A stretch of DNA of 64,000 bases from a virus. Taxonomy: Duplodnaviria > Caudoviricetes. The stretch covers positions 498 to 64,497 of the IMG/VR virus record IMGVR_UViG_3300036944_001223; one strand, written 5' to 3'. Position numbers and translations under genes: made by a program. Shown here one piece after another: positions 29,625 to 39,200 of the stretch. How positions within the stretch are numbered: the stretch's first letter is position 1; each line of letters starts with the position of its first letter. The notes beneath the pieces were generated by a model. The model was not told where the DNA came from. It made no database searches and saw nothing but the letters and a program-made list of their open reading frames with translations.

Positions 29625-30452
29625 ATGGCACAAGTTAATTATTCAATATCATTCGATGTAGGCTCTCAATTTGAACTTAACGCCGAGATATATCAGCAGA
29701 TATTCCCGCTTTTAAACCAAGCTGTTAAAGCTGTAGCCCAACAGACTGCCAGCAATTGGCAGCAATCAATATATAAAGCAAAATTATGGTCTGTTGAAAA
29801 AGATAAGTATGCTGGCAGCATAACTTGGTCGATGACTGGTGCGTTTACTGCCATAGTTGAAACCAGTTATCGATATGCGGAACAAATAGAAAGTGGCCGA
29901 CCAGCTCGAGACCTGAAGGCCATGCTAGGCACCAGCTTAAAAGTGCGCAGGTCTAAGGCTGGTAATCGTTACCTTTATATCCCATTCCGACATAATATCC
30001 CCGGTAGCGACGCGATAGGTCAGGCTATGCCTAAAAGCGTTTATGCTATGGCTAAACAAATGACGCCATCTGTTATTACTGGGATAAAATCAAGAGAGTC
30101 CGGAACTGGAGCCTATAACATTCACTCAAAAGGAAAAATGATGGTGCCTCAGAACGTCTATGCTTGGGGTGACAAACTACCATCAGGAATGGGGCAAAAG
30201 ATAAAACCTGAGCATCATAGCGATCCTTATGCTGGGATGGTTAAGTTTAATACCAGCACACCCGGCGGAGCTAAAAGCAGCACTTATCTAACATTTAGAG
30301 TGATGAGCGAAAAATCTCAGGGCTGGATTGTACCTGCTCAACCTGGTCAACATATAGCTAAGAATGTAGCAGATGAAATGCGTCCAAAAGCTGAGAACGC
30401 CTTTTCCAAAGCTATATCTATGAGTTTGTCAAAAATAAAAGCTGGCGAGTAG
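29625..30452 (+). CDS. Neck/tail-completion protein on the opposite strand
   Basis: YA..IE.G....DLK.ML, G.RYL.IPFRH, YLTFRVMSEKS.GWI.P..PG. Confidence 0.65.
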   Translation: MAQVNYSISFDVGSQFELNAEIYQQIFPLLNQAVKAVAQQTASNWQQSIYKAKLWSVEKDKYAGSITWSMTGAFTAIVETSYRYAEQIESGRPARDLKAMLGTSLKVRRSKAGNRYLYIPFRHNIPGSDAIGQAMPKSVYAMAKQMTPSVITGIKSRESGTGAYNIHSKGKMMVPQNVYAWGDKLPSGMGQKIKPEHHSDPYAGMVKFNTSTPGGAKSSTYLTFRVMSEKSQGWIVPAQPGQHIAKNVADEMRPKAENAFSKAISMSLSKIKAGE

Positions 30453-30466
30453 CCAGCTTTTATTTT
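30432..30466. terminator. Bidirectional terminator
   Basis: AAAATAAAAGCTGGC-gagta-GCCAGCTTTTATTTT between convergent genes. Confidence 0.85.
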
Positions 30467-31103
30467 ATCTGCCGAACAAATCCCACCGTCGTAACACCAC
30501 TCGCTTTGGCAGCCGCATTCCTTGGTGCATATTTCTATTTGATGGAAAGTCACCAAATACAAAATACTCGCAATATTTCCAGCCGGTTATAGAGTAGGTC
30601 TTGCCAGATGGAGGCTCACCAATTCCGCCAGCCCATGACGGTACGCCATTATCATCAATGGTCGGTATCCCTCCTTCAACAAGGCTTTGATCATTTGCCT
30701 TCCAGAATACTCTATCTATTCTCTCTGGGACGAATAAAAGCCTTTCAGGATTCCCGCCTCTCACTAATGGCAAACTGAATTTATCCGTGGCATTGAGCAT
30801 TGTCACTCTGTCGAATTGCCCAGAATCCCACATAGGGGAATCTTCTGGAATACTGACAACTAAGTCGCCCTGTTCCCACAAACCAAGGTCAGCCCATTGG
30901 TTTTGTGTTTTTTGTTGGCATATACCGCAAACAGTTGGCAGGCGATCTTCCCAAATCCTGCCCTTTTTACTGCATAAAGTGCATTTTGGATCTGCTGATC
31001 CGCTGCTAGGGTTTACGCACGAACAAGCAAAAGAAGACTGCCATAAAATGTTTTGCCCCATATTCAATAAGTGCCGATTAAACGCTTCTTTATTGAACTG
31101 CAT
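30465..31103 (-). CDS. Head-closure/neck protein
   Basis: GQ.I.W....CSC...C..C..KG Cys cluster; neck position. Confidence 0.65.
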   Translation of the reverse strand: MQFNKEAFNRHLLNMGQNILWQSSFACSCVNPSSGSADPKCTLCSKKGRIWEDRLPTVCGICQQKTQNQWADLGLWEQGDLVVSIPEDSPMWDSGQFDRVTMLNATDKFSLPLVRGGNPERLLFVPERIDRVFWKANDQSLVEGGIPTIDDNGVPSWAGGIGEPPSGKTYSITGWKYCEYFVFGDFPSNRNMHQGMRLPKRVVLRRWDLFGR

Positions 31104-31112
31104 AATTTCTCC

Positions 31113-32207
31113 TTAGCATACCATCATACGGATTCCGTTGATCTGACTCATCAGACCGCCGTTTGATCCTTCTGGGCCATTCAGTACATGCTCAATAGTC
31201 TCTTCATACTTAGCCATATCGACTGATATAGACTGAGTTAATCCATCGGCGCTTATGGATCCTGATTGTGGCAAATAGGCATCAGCAATGACCTTCATAA
31301 CCGCTTTTTTCTTAATCACATCAAGAAGCTCAGGATATTTATTTTCAACATCAGAAAGGCCTGCAGTATAAGTAAGCTGCAGCATAAACGGAATGCTGCG
31401 GCTGCCGGCCAATGCCGTCATAATAAAGGCGTTCATCGTCGTGAATATAGCAGGAGAACTGGGCACTAATCTCACATGTCCATATTTTGCATCAATTCTG
31501 ATCCAGTCATTTGGCACATCAAAAAAACCAGTATCTTGCGACGGATAAGCAAATCGCAACCTTTCCACTGAAATTATTGGGCGTTGACGAGTGACAAAAT
31601 AACCCCACTTCTCAAAGTGGAACATATCCGGAGTATAGTCGTAAGCCGGATCCACGCCGTAGGCCATTCCTTCTAACTCATCAATTTGAGCTTGTGTCGG
31701 GTTAAGAGGGAAAAATCGAGTCGGAACTAGCGGAACCCTTAGAGTATGAGAGATCTCTGACTCAGCGGCGCGTATTTTGTCCCAAATATAATCGTCAGAA
31801 ACCTTAATGTTCTGAAATACTCCTGCGGCAGCGGCCATGAGTCGATCTTCGCGCATCTCGTTAACAACAAGATCTTTGATGAATAACGATGTTCTAGTCG
31901 GAGAGAACAACGTTTCAACTGTTAGGCTAAACCGCTTAATGCCGATAGCTGGCCCCTGAAGTATCAGCATTGACTGCCCCGCAGGAATTGGCGTAGTTTC
32001 TTCCGAGCTTAGATTTATTGCCACAATCCCTGACAACCATTTAGCACCGGCATCGGCATCGGTCAGCGTCTTTACTGGCAGATACTCCTGCTTGCCATCC
32101 ATAGAGTATATGCGGGCCTGAACAACCCCAGTAATAGGTATTGGATTACCGTTTATAAGAACTTTTTGAATAATTTTAGCGGGATCGCCAGCAATAATAG
32201 TGCTCAT
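31113..32207 (-). CDS. Head-tail adaptor with extra N-terminal beta domain
   Basis: RPIISVE, W...D...G, YTAGL, SISADGL.QS. Confidence 0.7.
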   Translation of the reverse strand: MSTIIAGDPAKIIQKVLINGNPIPITGVVQARIYSMDGKQEYLPVKTLTDADAGAKWLSGIVAINLSSEETTPIPAGQSMLILQGPAIGIKRFSLTVETLFSPTRTSLFIKDLVVNEMREDRLMAAAAGVFQNIKVSDDYIWDKIRAAESEISHTLRVPLVPTRFFPLNPTQAQIDELEGMAYGVDPAYDYTPDMFHFEKWGYFVTRQRPIISVERLRFAYPSQDTGFFDVPNDWIRIDAKYGHVRLVPSSPAIFTTMNAFIMTALAGSRSIPFMLQLTYTAGLSDVENKYPELLDVIKKKAVMKVIADAYLPQSGSISADGLTQSISVDMAKYEETIEHVLNGPEGSNGGLMSQINGIRMMVC

Positions 32208-32220
32208 ATTAATTCCTACA

Positions 32221-32246
32221 AAAAAGGCCGCGATTAAGCGGCCTTT
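32221..32246 (-). terminator. Intrinsic terminator
   Basis: AAAGGCCGC/GCGGCCTTT stem with T run. Confidence 0.75.
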
Positions 32247-32274
32247 AAAGATAATAACAGGCCGTAGCCTTGCG

Positions 32275-32475
32275 TTATTCTGACGCGATCAAGCCAGCGT
32301 CGCGCAAACTCGTTAGTAAGGCGTTAAATTCTGCTTGTGTCGGCACGTCAGCGGCATCAGGAACATGCACACCTTGCCGAGTAGCTTGGCCAACCAAGAA
32401 ATCACCAACCTTATGATGATTGGTGCCAATATTGAGTTTGTTCAATAATTTTTTAGCGGTTTCAATTACAGTCAT
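32275..32475 (-). CDS. Head fibre/decoration-like protein
   Basis: PTQAEFNALLTSLRDAGLIA trimerisation-type C-terminus. Confidence 0.65.
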   Translation of the reverse strand: MTVIETAKKLLNKLNIGTNHHKVGDFLVGQATRQGVHVPDAADVPTQAEFNALLTSLRDAGLIASE

Positions 32476-32484
32476 GATGTTCTC

Positions 32485-32862
32485 CTAGAAAACTTCACCA
32501 GTATCGTCTTCAGTTTCAGTTTCAGCGGCAGGCGCATCAGCCAGTAATTTAGCCGCTTCATCTTCCAAGGCTTGTTTATTAGCTGCTTCTTCAGCTGCTA
32601 ATTTTTCAGCTTCGGCTTTTTCAGCTTTTTCTCTAGCTTTTTTTTGAGCGCTAGTTTCGGGCTTTGTTTCGACTTTTACGCGAATAGCGTCAGGAATCTC
32701 TTCATCCTCAGCTAATCGGTATCCAGGCACGGCTAGAAACTGCTCTAGCAACTCATCATTTTCGATATGCTCAGAGATAGATAGCACATCAAGAGTTGGA
32801 TGAAATGCAACACCGTTGATCATAGTGATCAAGCCGGGCAATTCTTTAATAACATGGCGCAT
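32485..32862 (-). CDS. Hypothetical protein downstream of capsid gene
   Basis: INGVAF, FLAVPGY, acidic/Ala tail; GGGAG RBS before ATG 32862. Confidence 0.65.
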   Translation of the reverse strand: MRHVIKELPGLITMINGVAFHPTLDVLSISEHIENDELLEQFLAVPGYRLAEDEEIPDAIRVKVETKPETSAQKKAREKAEKAEAEKLAAEEAANKQALEDEAAKLLADAPAAETETEDDTGEVF

Positions 32863-32924
32863 GGCAACACTCCCATCATTAATGCAAAAAAGGGCGGACA
32901 ATGCCGCCCTAATTCATTTTCAGC

Positions 32925-34379
32925 TTAGAAAGGCTTCCAAGCAGCATTTGTTGGAACAATGTTCTTAATCAGAACATGCTGATTCCGCTTGGTGATGCGG
33001 AGGTAACCACAGATCATTTGCAACCATGGAATGATAGGGCTGTTTACTGCTGCCATAGGAATTTTCATCATAGGCAGGTATTGGCGCCACGCAATTGCGT
33101 GATCCACTGGCGACAAGTTTAGCGCGTAGCTAGAAGTTGAGCCTGGGATATCTTGGTTGTTATCAACGTGAACTGTTGACGCACCGGTTTTGGCAATTTT
33201 AGTCATTTCACGAACATCTGACAGCGCAGCTGTGCCGTTCTTACGTCCGCGATAAATCACATAGCCAGTTTCAGTGCCAGCAGCAGAAGCTGTGATGGTA
33301 AGCGTCACTTTATTGCCAGCTGCAACAGTTACCGCGCCGCCCGTGGCCGCAGTAGTTTGAGTTTCGCCTTTTTCGTTGATACCTGTCACGAAATAAACGT
33401 AAGTTCCGGCCTGACCAGCTGCCCATTGAGATGTAGCGTCACCAGCAGCGGCAACAGCAGTCATTGCAGCAGGTTTGAATGATGCGTTAGCAACGGCGCG
33501 AGTCGCGTGTAAAGCATTGCGAGTTTCGAACGGTTTTTGCATCTTCTCATCACGAATAAACACATCGTTTTTCGTGGCGATGGCACCGTATGACGTTTGG
33601 ATGGCGCGAACATGGGTACCATAAGAGATACTGTTCGGCGTATTATCCAGCGCAACACGGAATGCAGGATCAAGAGAGATGTTTAAATCAGTTTGTACTG
33701 AAGGCGGTAAGTATAGATCGGTAATTTTACCGAAGTTACCGTAACCGAAAACAGTCTCAGCAGCACGAGCGATCGGGCTGATATCATTCATCGGTTCGCC
33801 GCGCATATCGATGATATGGTCAGCTGAGTTCAGCTCTTCCATTTGCTGACGTAAACCAGCAAATGATTTTGGCATAACAAGGTCGTTACCTTCAAACAAG
33901 CTGAATTCAATAGATGAAAGCAACTGTTTAGTGCCGTTTACAGTTTCCAGCGCCACCGCGTCGGTGATGTTGTTCTGAGACTGCAATACGATAGGGATCT
34001 TACGGTAGGTCGTCATATACTTGACTTTACCTACGCGGCGAGCGTACTCACCACTTGTTTCATCAGCGGCGCCGTCTTGGTCGTTAAACGAATCACCCAA
34101 GAAACCACCGATGGATGATTGCTCAGTCCATTCGTCAAGTACCGCTGTCGCCTTAGGCTTTGGCAATGCGTTGAACAAAGAGAAATGCTGGTTGTCCTGC
34201 ACTGTCGCTTGTAATGTAGTATCCAGTGATTGGATACGTAGAGCAGAGCCGCCCTGTAGAGAGCTCATCTCAGAACCATATCCAGCGTTCAAAGATTTTT
34301 GCAGCTCAGCAAGCTCCGCAGAACCAAACTCGCCAGCCATTGAAGCGCCGGAGGTGTCGAGGTTAGTCAGAAAGTCCAT
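32925..34379 (-). CDS. Major capsid protein (SPO1/A511/K-like)
   Basis: KSL.AGYG, ALR..SLD, KYM, NNI.D, IEF.LF.G...F.GL match my recollection of Herelleviridae capsids. Confidence 0.9.
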   Translation of the reverse strand: MDFLTNLDTSGASMAGEFGSAELAELQKSLNAGYGSEMSSLQGGSALRIQSLDTTLQATVQDNQHFSLFNALPKPKATAVLDEWTEQSSIGGFLGDSFNDQDGAADETSGEYARRVGKVKYMTTYRKIPIVLQSQNNITDAVALETVNGTKQLLSSIEFSLFEGNDLVMPKSFAGLRQQMEELNSADHIIDMRGEPMNDISPIARAAETVFGYGNFGKITDLYLPPSVQTDLNISLDPAFRVALDNTPNSISYGTHVRAIQTSYGAIATKNDVFIRDEKMQKPFETRNALHATRAVANASFKPAAMTAVAAAGDATSQWAAGQAGTYVYFVTGINEKGETQTTAATGGAVTVAAGNKVTLTITASAAGTETGYVIYRGRKNGTAALSDVREMTKIAKTGASTVHVDNNQDIPGSTSSYALNLSPVDHAIAWRQYLPMMKIPMAAVNSPIIPWLQMICGYLRITKRNQHVLIKNIVPTNAAWKPF

Positions 34380-34393
34380 GGAAAGTCTCCGGT

Positions 34394-35029
34394 TTAATTA
34401 ATTTTAGACAGAACGTCAGCGGGAGCCGCTACGCCTGAGTTAAAAGCAGCTTCACAGCGAGCAACGTCAAGACCTGTAATGCGTCCTGCTGTATGTGCGC
34501 TCTGCGCTTTAGCCATGATCTGACCAGGTGAATCTTGTTCTGGTTCGGACTTGGCTAGAGTTGTGGGCTTTTCAGCGATGGAGACCATCGTCTTGCGCCC
34601 GCGCCCTTGGCTAGATAGAGTTTCAACTCTTTGGCTAAGAGACTTAATTAGTTCGCTTTGGCTTTTTAATGCGCCCAGCGTAGTTTGTAACGCCTTAGTC
34701 AGCGTTTCGTCATGCAATTGCAGACGAGAATCATGCTCAGCTAGCGATTTAGTCAGTTGTTCAACATCAACAACCTCATACTCTTCGCCATCTACGACCA
34801 TAGATTTGGTCATATGCTCTTTTTTCTCATCTTCTGCTGACTCAGCGCCTTCTTCAGTTGACTCAGGCTCTTCACCTTCATCTTCTTCTTCGCCTTCGTC
34901 ACCTTCCGCGGCAGCGGCTTGGATCGTTTTATCATCCGCGCCGTCGTCCTGCGGGAGTGCTTTAGCAAGCGTATCCTGCTCAGCAGCCGCCGCTTCGAGT
35001 TCGGCTAGTAGCTCATTGAATTTGCTCAT
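34394..35029 (-). CDS. Scaffold-like acidic coiled-coil protein
   Basis: Between protease and capsid; ATGA overlap with protease; seven x-K-[S/A] motifs. Confidence 0.75.
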   Translation of the reverse strand: MSKFNELLAELEAAAAEQDTLAKALPQDDGADDKTIQAAAAEGDEGEEEDEGEEPESTEEGAESAEDEKKEHMTKSMVVDGEEYEVVDVEQLTKSLAEHDSRLQLHDETLTKALQTTLGALKSQSELIKSLSQRVETLSSQGRGRKTMVSIAEKPTTLAKSEPEQDSPGQIMAKAQSAHTAGRITGLDVARCEAAFNSGVAAPADVLSKIN

Positions 35030-35913
35030 TGTCGCAAGCTCCGTGTAGTAAGACTTCGTTTCAAATCGCCAATAAAGCGATCCACCCACTCTGTGGCCTC
35101 GTCGGGCTGCAGATTGAATTGTTTAACAGAGAACGTTATTAATCCGTCCCCGGTCATTTGTAATGGCTGCCCTTCAATCATGCAATTTGACAGCTTGTCT
35201 CTAAAATCAAAATATGATTGTGGAGTACCGTCAAGCGACTGCATTCTGATAGCGCTGCCACCCGATAAATTAGCCATATCAGATCCGTATCCAGCCTCGA
35301 GAGACTTTGACATAACGAATCCGTTTAAAGATTTGGCAAAAACTGCAACAGGGGCTGTTTGAGCTTCAGGAAGATGCTGATTAACTGGCGTGCGGCTCAA
35401 TGCTAAATTTGTCCATCGAACTTTTGTTACTACAGCGACTTTTTCATGAGTTCGCGGATCTATGACTAGACTTTTAGCTAAAACAGAACCACCAACAGAG
35501 GGGTACCATCTAGCCGGAGGGTTCAAAGCCGTCATTGATTCCCAAACCATATTTGCATTTCTAGCCAACTCGCCATCGCCCTTGTATAGCTGTGCCTTAA
35601 CAAAGGTGGTTTCGCCCTTTACTACCACATCAACAGGTCTGCCTATCTCGAAAGACATGGGGTTTACAATACCCATTTTGGCGCCGATAAGAGTGTAATG
35701 ATCTAGGTCGATGTTACCAAATTTTAAAAAGTTAGCAGCGCTTTCTTCAAGCGCTTTAGCGAGCACTCGCTCGCCCTGCTGATCAACGCCTTCGTTGCTG
35801 GCTTCTAAATAGATGAAGCGTTCCCCACCCTCTTCTTTGGGCGTGGCTTTCAGCAGTGTATCAACGCTGAAAAAATCCGGTATATCAGCTAATAGCTGTT
35901 CGTCTTTGTTCAT
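35026..35913 (-). CDS. Prohead protease
   Basis: EAS.E.VDQQGE, IDLDH, IGRP, SVGG, LALS..PVN resemble HK97-family maturation proteases. Confidence 0.85.
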   Translation of the reverse strand: MNKDEQLLADIPDFFSVDTLLKATPKEEGGERFIYLEASNEGVDQQGERVLAKALEESAANFLKFGNIDLDHYTLIGAKMGIVNPMSFEIGRPVDVVVKGETTFVKAQLYKGDGELARNANMVWESMTALNPPARWYPSVGGSVLAKSLVIDPRTHEKVAVVTKVRWTNLALSRTPVNQHLPEAQTAPVAVFAKSLNGFVMSKSLEAGYGSDMANLSGGSAIRMQSLDGTPQSYFDFRDKLSNCMIEGQPLQMTGDGLITFSVKQFNLQPDEATEWVDRFIGDLKRSLTTRSLRQ

Positions 35914-35919
35914 GGGATT

Positions 35920-35935
35920 AGTGTGGCATCACGAC
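35920..35935 (-). promoter_or_regulatory. Putative late promoter, leaderless geometry
   Basis: GTCGTGATGC-CACACT-6nt-ATG, no SD. Confidence 0.8.
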
Positions 35936-35975
35936 AGAAAATCAAGTAAACACGTTAAAAGGTAAAAAAATAAAA

Positions 35976-36233
35976 TTAATCACCTAAGGCCTTCATCGCG
36001 TTGCCAATAATAATGTTAAGACTGCCTCTTTCCGCTACTAGGCCCTGATAGCGCTCCTGCTCATCATCAGGAGCACTATCTATACCATCGCTAATTTCAT
36101 CAATATAGTTTTGAACAGCAATTAACCTTTCTTCTGCTGAGCGTAAAATATTGCGCTCAGTTTGATCTGTTTTTGCCTGCAGCCCAGCAAGCTCACTCAA
36201 TTGTAATTTTGTATTTGCTATATGCTGTTTCAT
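35976..36233 (-). CDS. Small coiled-coil hypothetical protein
   Basis: In operon after SNF2 gene. Confidence 0.6.
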   Translation of the reverse strand: MKQHIANTKLQLSELAGLQAKTDQTERNILRSAEERLIAVQNYIDEISDGIDSAPDDEQERYQGLVAERGSLNIIIGNAMKALGD

Positions 36234-36244
36234 TGATTTAGTAC

Positions 36245-39200
36245 CTATAATAATGACTGGCCAGATGCGGCCATTTTCTTTCTTGCGCTTATGTAGCCGG
36301 CAACGCCTGAATCATCCAAACCATCCATTGGGTCAGCCATCATATCCTTTAGCGCATATTTCTTCATGAGTCGGTCGTATGCTTTACGCTCTTCAGGGTG
36401 ATCACCATGAAGGTCGATCAGCTCAATTGCATTTTTCTGACCGATACGATCGATCCTTGCTTGTCGCTGGCTATGCGTTTTTGCTGTCTGGCTAATATCA
36501 TGCTGGATCAAATACTGCCCTGATTGTAAATTCATGCCAACGGCGCCCGCATCAGAAGCAATCAGGATATCAGCTTGAGCCTCACCCTTCTCAGGATTGA
36601 ATAGTTTACGCTTAGCGTCCTTATCCTTAGCACTGTCAGATCCAGTAATAGTGACCACTTTTTTACCAATGGCCTCCATCGCTTGGCGGTACTGCTCAAC
36701 GCTGGCTTTATTTCGCGCAAATATCACGCCCTGCTTACCGTTTCTTTGCTTTACCATTTCAACAGCATGAGCAACTTTAGCATTGTCAGGGTGAGTGTTA
36801 ATTATTTTGTTCACTGCCGAAGATCTGAGTATTCCTAAGCTGTTCTGTATGCCTTTAGCAATATTCTCATGCTCTGACTCTGGTACCCCATCGAATGAGT
36901 TGGGACTGATCGCTTTAGCCGCTGCGATATCAACCTTGCCCGTAGTTCTCGCTGCCCTCGCTTTGATCATATGCTGAGATAACTCATCTAATGCCTTTTT
37001 CTGCCCAGCTGAGAGCGGCACCTTTTCCGTTAGCCGGCTACGAGCAACATCTGGAGAAATTGACGTAGGAAATACATACCGAGCCATTTCTCGTTTAAGG
37101 GCTTGCTTACTCGCAATCGTGTCAGCGCCATATTTGCGCATAAACTCATTGCGATCACTGTATTTCTCAGGATCCATTTTCTGCAGCAAAGAATGGATCT
37201 CACTAGAGTCGTTTTTCACTGGGTCGCCGCTCGCATAAACGTGATACGGAGTATTATGCCCGACGGCCTCAACAACGTTAGCTAGACTTGAGTTCTCCTT
37301 ACCTGCTCGATTTAACGTATCGTGAGCCTCATCAACAAAGGAAGCGTCAAAGTTAATGCCTTCCTTCTTCATAGTATCTGCGGCCCACTGCTTGCGCTCA
37401 GCCGTGCTCATACTGCCAATCTTAGACGTCATCTCGGACTCGCTCACCCCCGCATGCTGAGATGCTAGATGGATCATGTCGTCACGGAATGATTGATGCG
37501 TCATTACAGCAATATGCGTTTCAGGATCTTTATACGCCGCAATTCGTTCTGCTTGACTTGCACCAGGCTGAATATGCGTCTTGAATTTTCCAGCCTCCAA
37601 TAAACGCAGCGCCTCGCCGGAGAACTGGCCCTGCACAATACTTGGGACCAGCATGATCGAGCGCTTAACTTTGCCAAGCCCACTGAGATGAGCATGGGCA
37701 CCCAACATTATGTTAGTTTTACCGCTACCAGCGCCAGCTGCCAACGCCACGCGCTTATTTGCGGCGATCAGTTTTATAGCTCGTTGCTGAGGGGCATACT
37801 TGCCAGACATGCTGATCCCCCATAACTTTGTGGGCTGATTAGGCTTAAAGTTTTGCCCCACAATCCCCATCATTCCTGCAATTTGATTTTCTGCCTCGGT
37901 ACCAAGCGTCACTTTAGATGAGTCGGCGCCAGTGATCCCGTTAAAATCAATTCCATTGCGCAACTGGCCTTTGCCGGCTTTCAATGGTGATGACGGGTTT
38001 AATTTATTGTGATGCTGCACAAACGAGTTAGATAATTTCGACCTTACCATATCCTGAGCTGTTGCATAGGCATTGGCTGCGCCGCTCATCTGGCCGACAA
38101 AATCTTTCCAACCCATACCAGTAGAATCAGTGAAATGGTCTCTCAATACCCGCTGATCGGTTTTACTTAGCTCACCAATCTGCTTATACGCAGTCACACC
38201 TTCAGGATGTTCCGACAATGCTCGATGAAGAGCATCAACAGACTTTTGATTGACCTCAAATTTTTGAGAATTCAACTCTGGACTATCTGCTTCTGCTTGC
38301 TCAACAATGCCGGGCTTCACTTCCATAGCTAAATCAGGTCTGTTGTCCACGCCAAGAGGTAGCCAGCCATCCTCGTCTTGATCGCCTCGTATTATTGACA
38401 GATTCCGCTTAACTTGCTGAACATCATCACGAGAAACTGGCTTAGCCAACCTATCCATGCCGTCGGCATTCACCTTTAAGAACGTGTCGCCACCAACCCG
38501 CTCAAGCTCATAGTCACCAGGCATTAAGCCTATCGCCCGAATCTGTTTAATTGCCTGCTGCGCCCCGATTTGACCTAGTGACACCTCAAAGTGATCTTGC
38601 TTACCCTGCTTTAATGCCATAACCAATGAAGCATTAGCCTCCATCTCACCAAGTGATTGCCCTAATATCCGCTGAGCATCACCAATGGCAGCGCGACGGC
38701 GTCCATTGAGCTCTTGAGCTAGAGACAGTTCAGCTCCATTGGTTGCCTCAGCGGATATCTCTATATCCTTGGCTGCATCAGTGAGCTCTCTGGCTTTTTT
38801 CAGGCTCTCCGTGCTGGTTTGCATGTAATGGTTTAAATGCCAATCCTGCATTCCTGCAGTAACATGCCCGAGCTCTTCAGGAGATAAATCCGATTGCAGT
38901 CTCCGCGCCAATATCTGCGATGCGCCAGCAATACCCAAAACGTCGACTACAGACCGATCAACTAGCGCTTCGCCGCCAACAGCAAGGGCCAATGAATTGA
39001 TTGAATTATAAGCCCCAACTCCAATATGACCGCCTAATGTATCCTCTGGCGAACCGCCAGCGATCCGGTGGACTTCAGATAAAAAAGCTTTTGTCTGAAC
39101 AGTATTTAGCTCGCTTTCAAGATCCTTAGCCATCTTCGCATCAATATCAGCGTCAGATGCCTCGATGACAAACGCCTTAGGTTCAGCTTTTGCTTTATCT

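Noticed and set aside
33541-33556. TTCGTGATGA-GAAGAT inside the capsid gene
   Set aside because: Fits the pattern with one mismatch but is far from any start and explained by coding (IRDEKM); not counted, though not excluded
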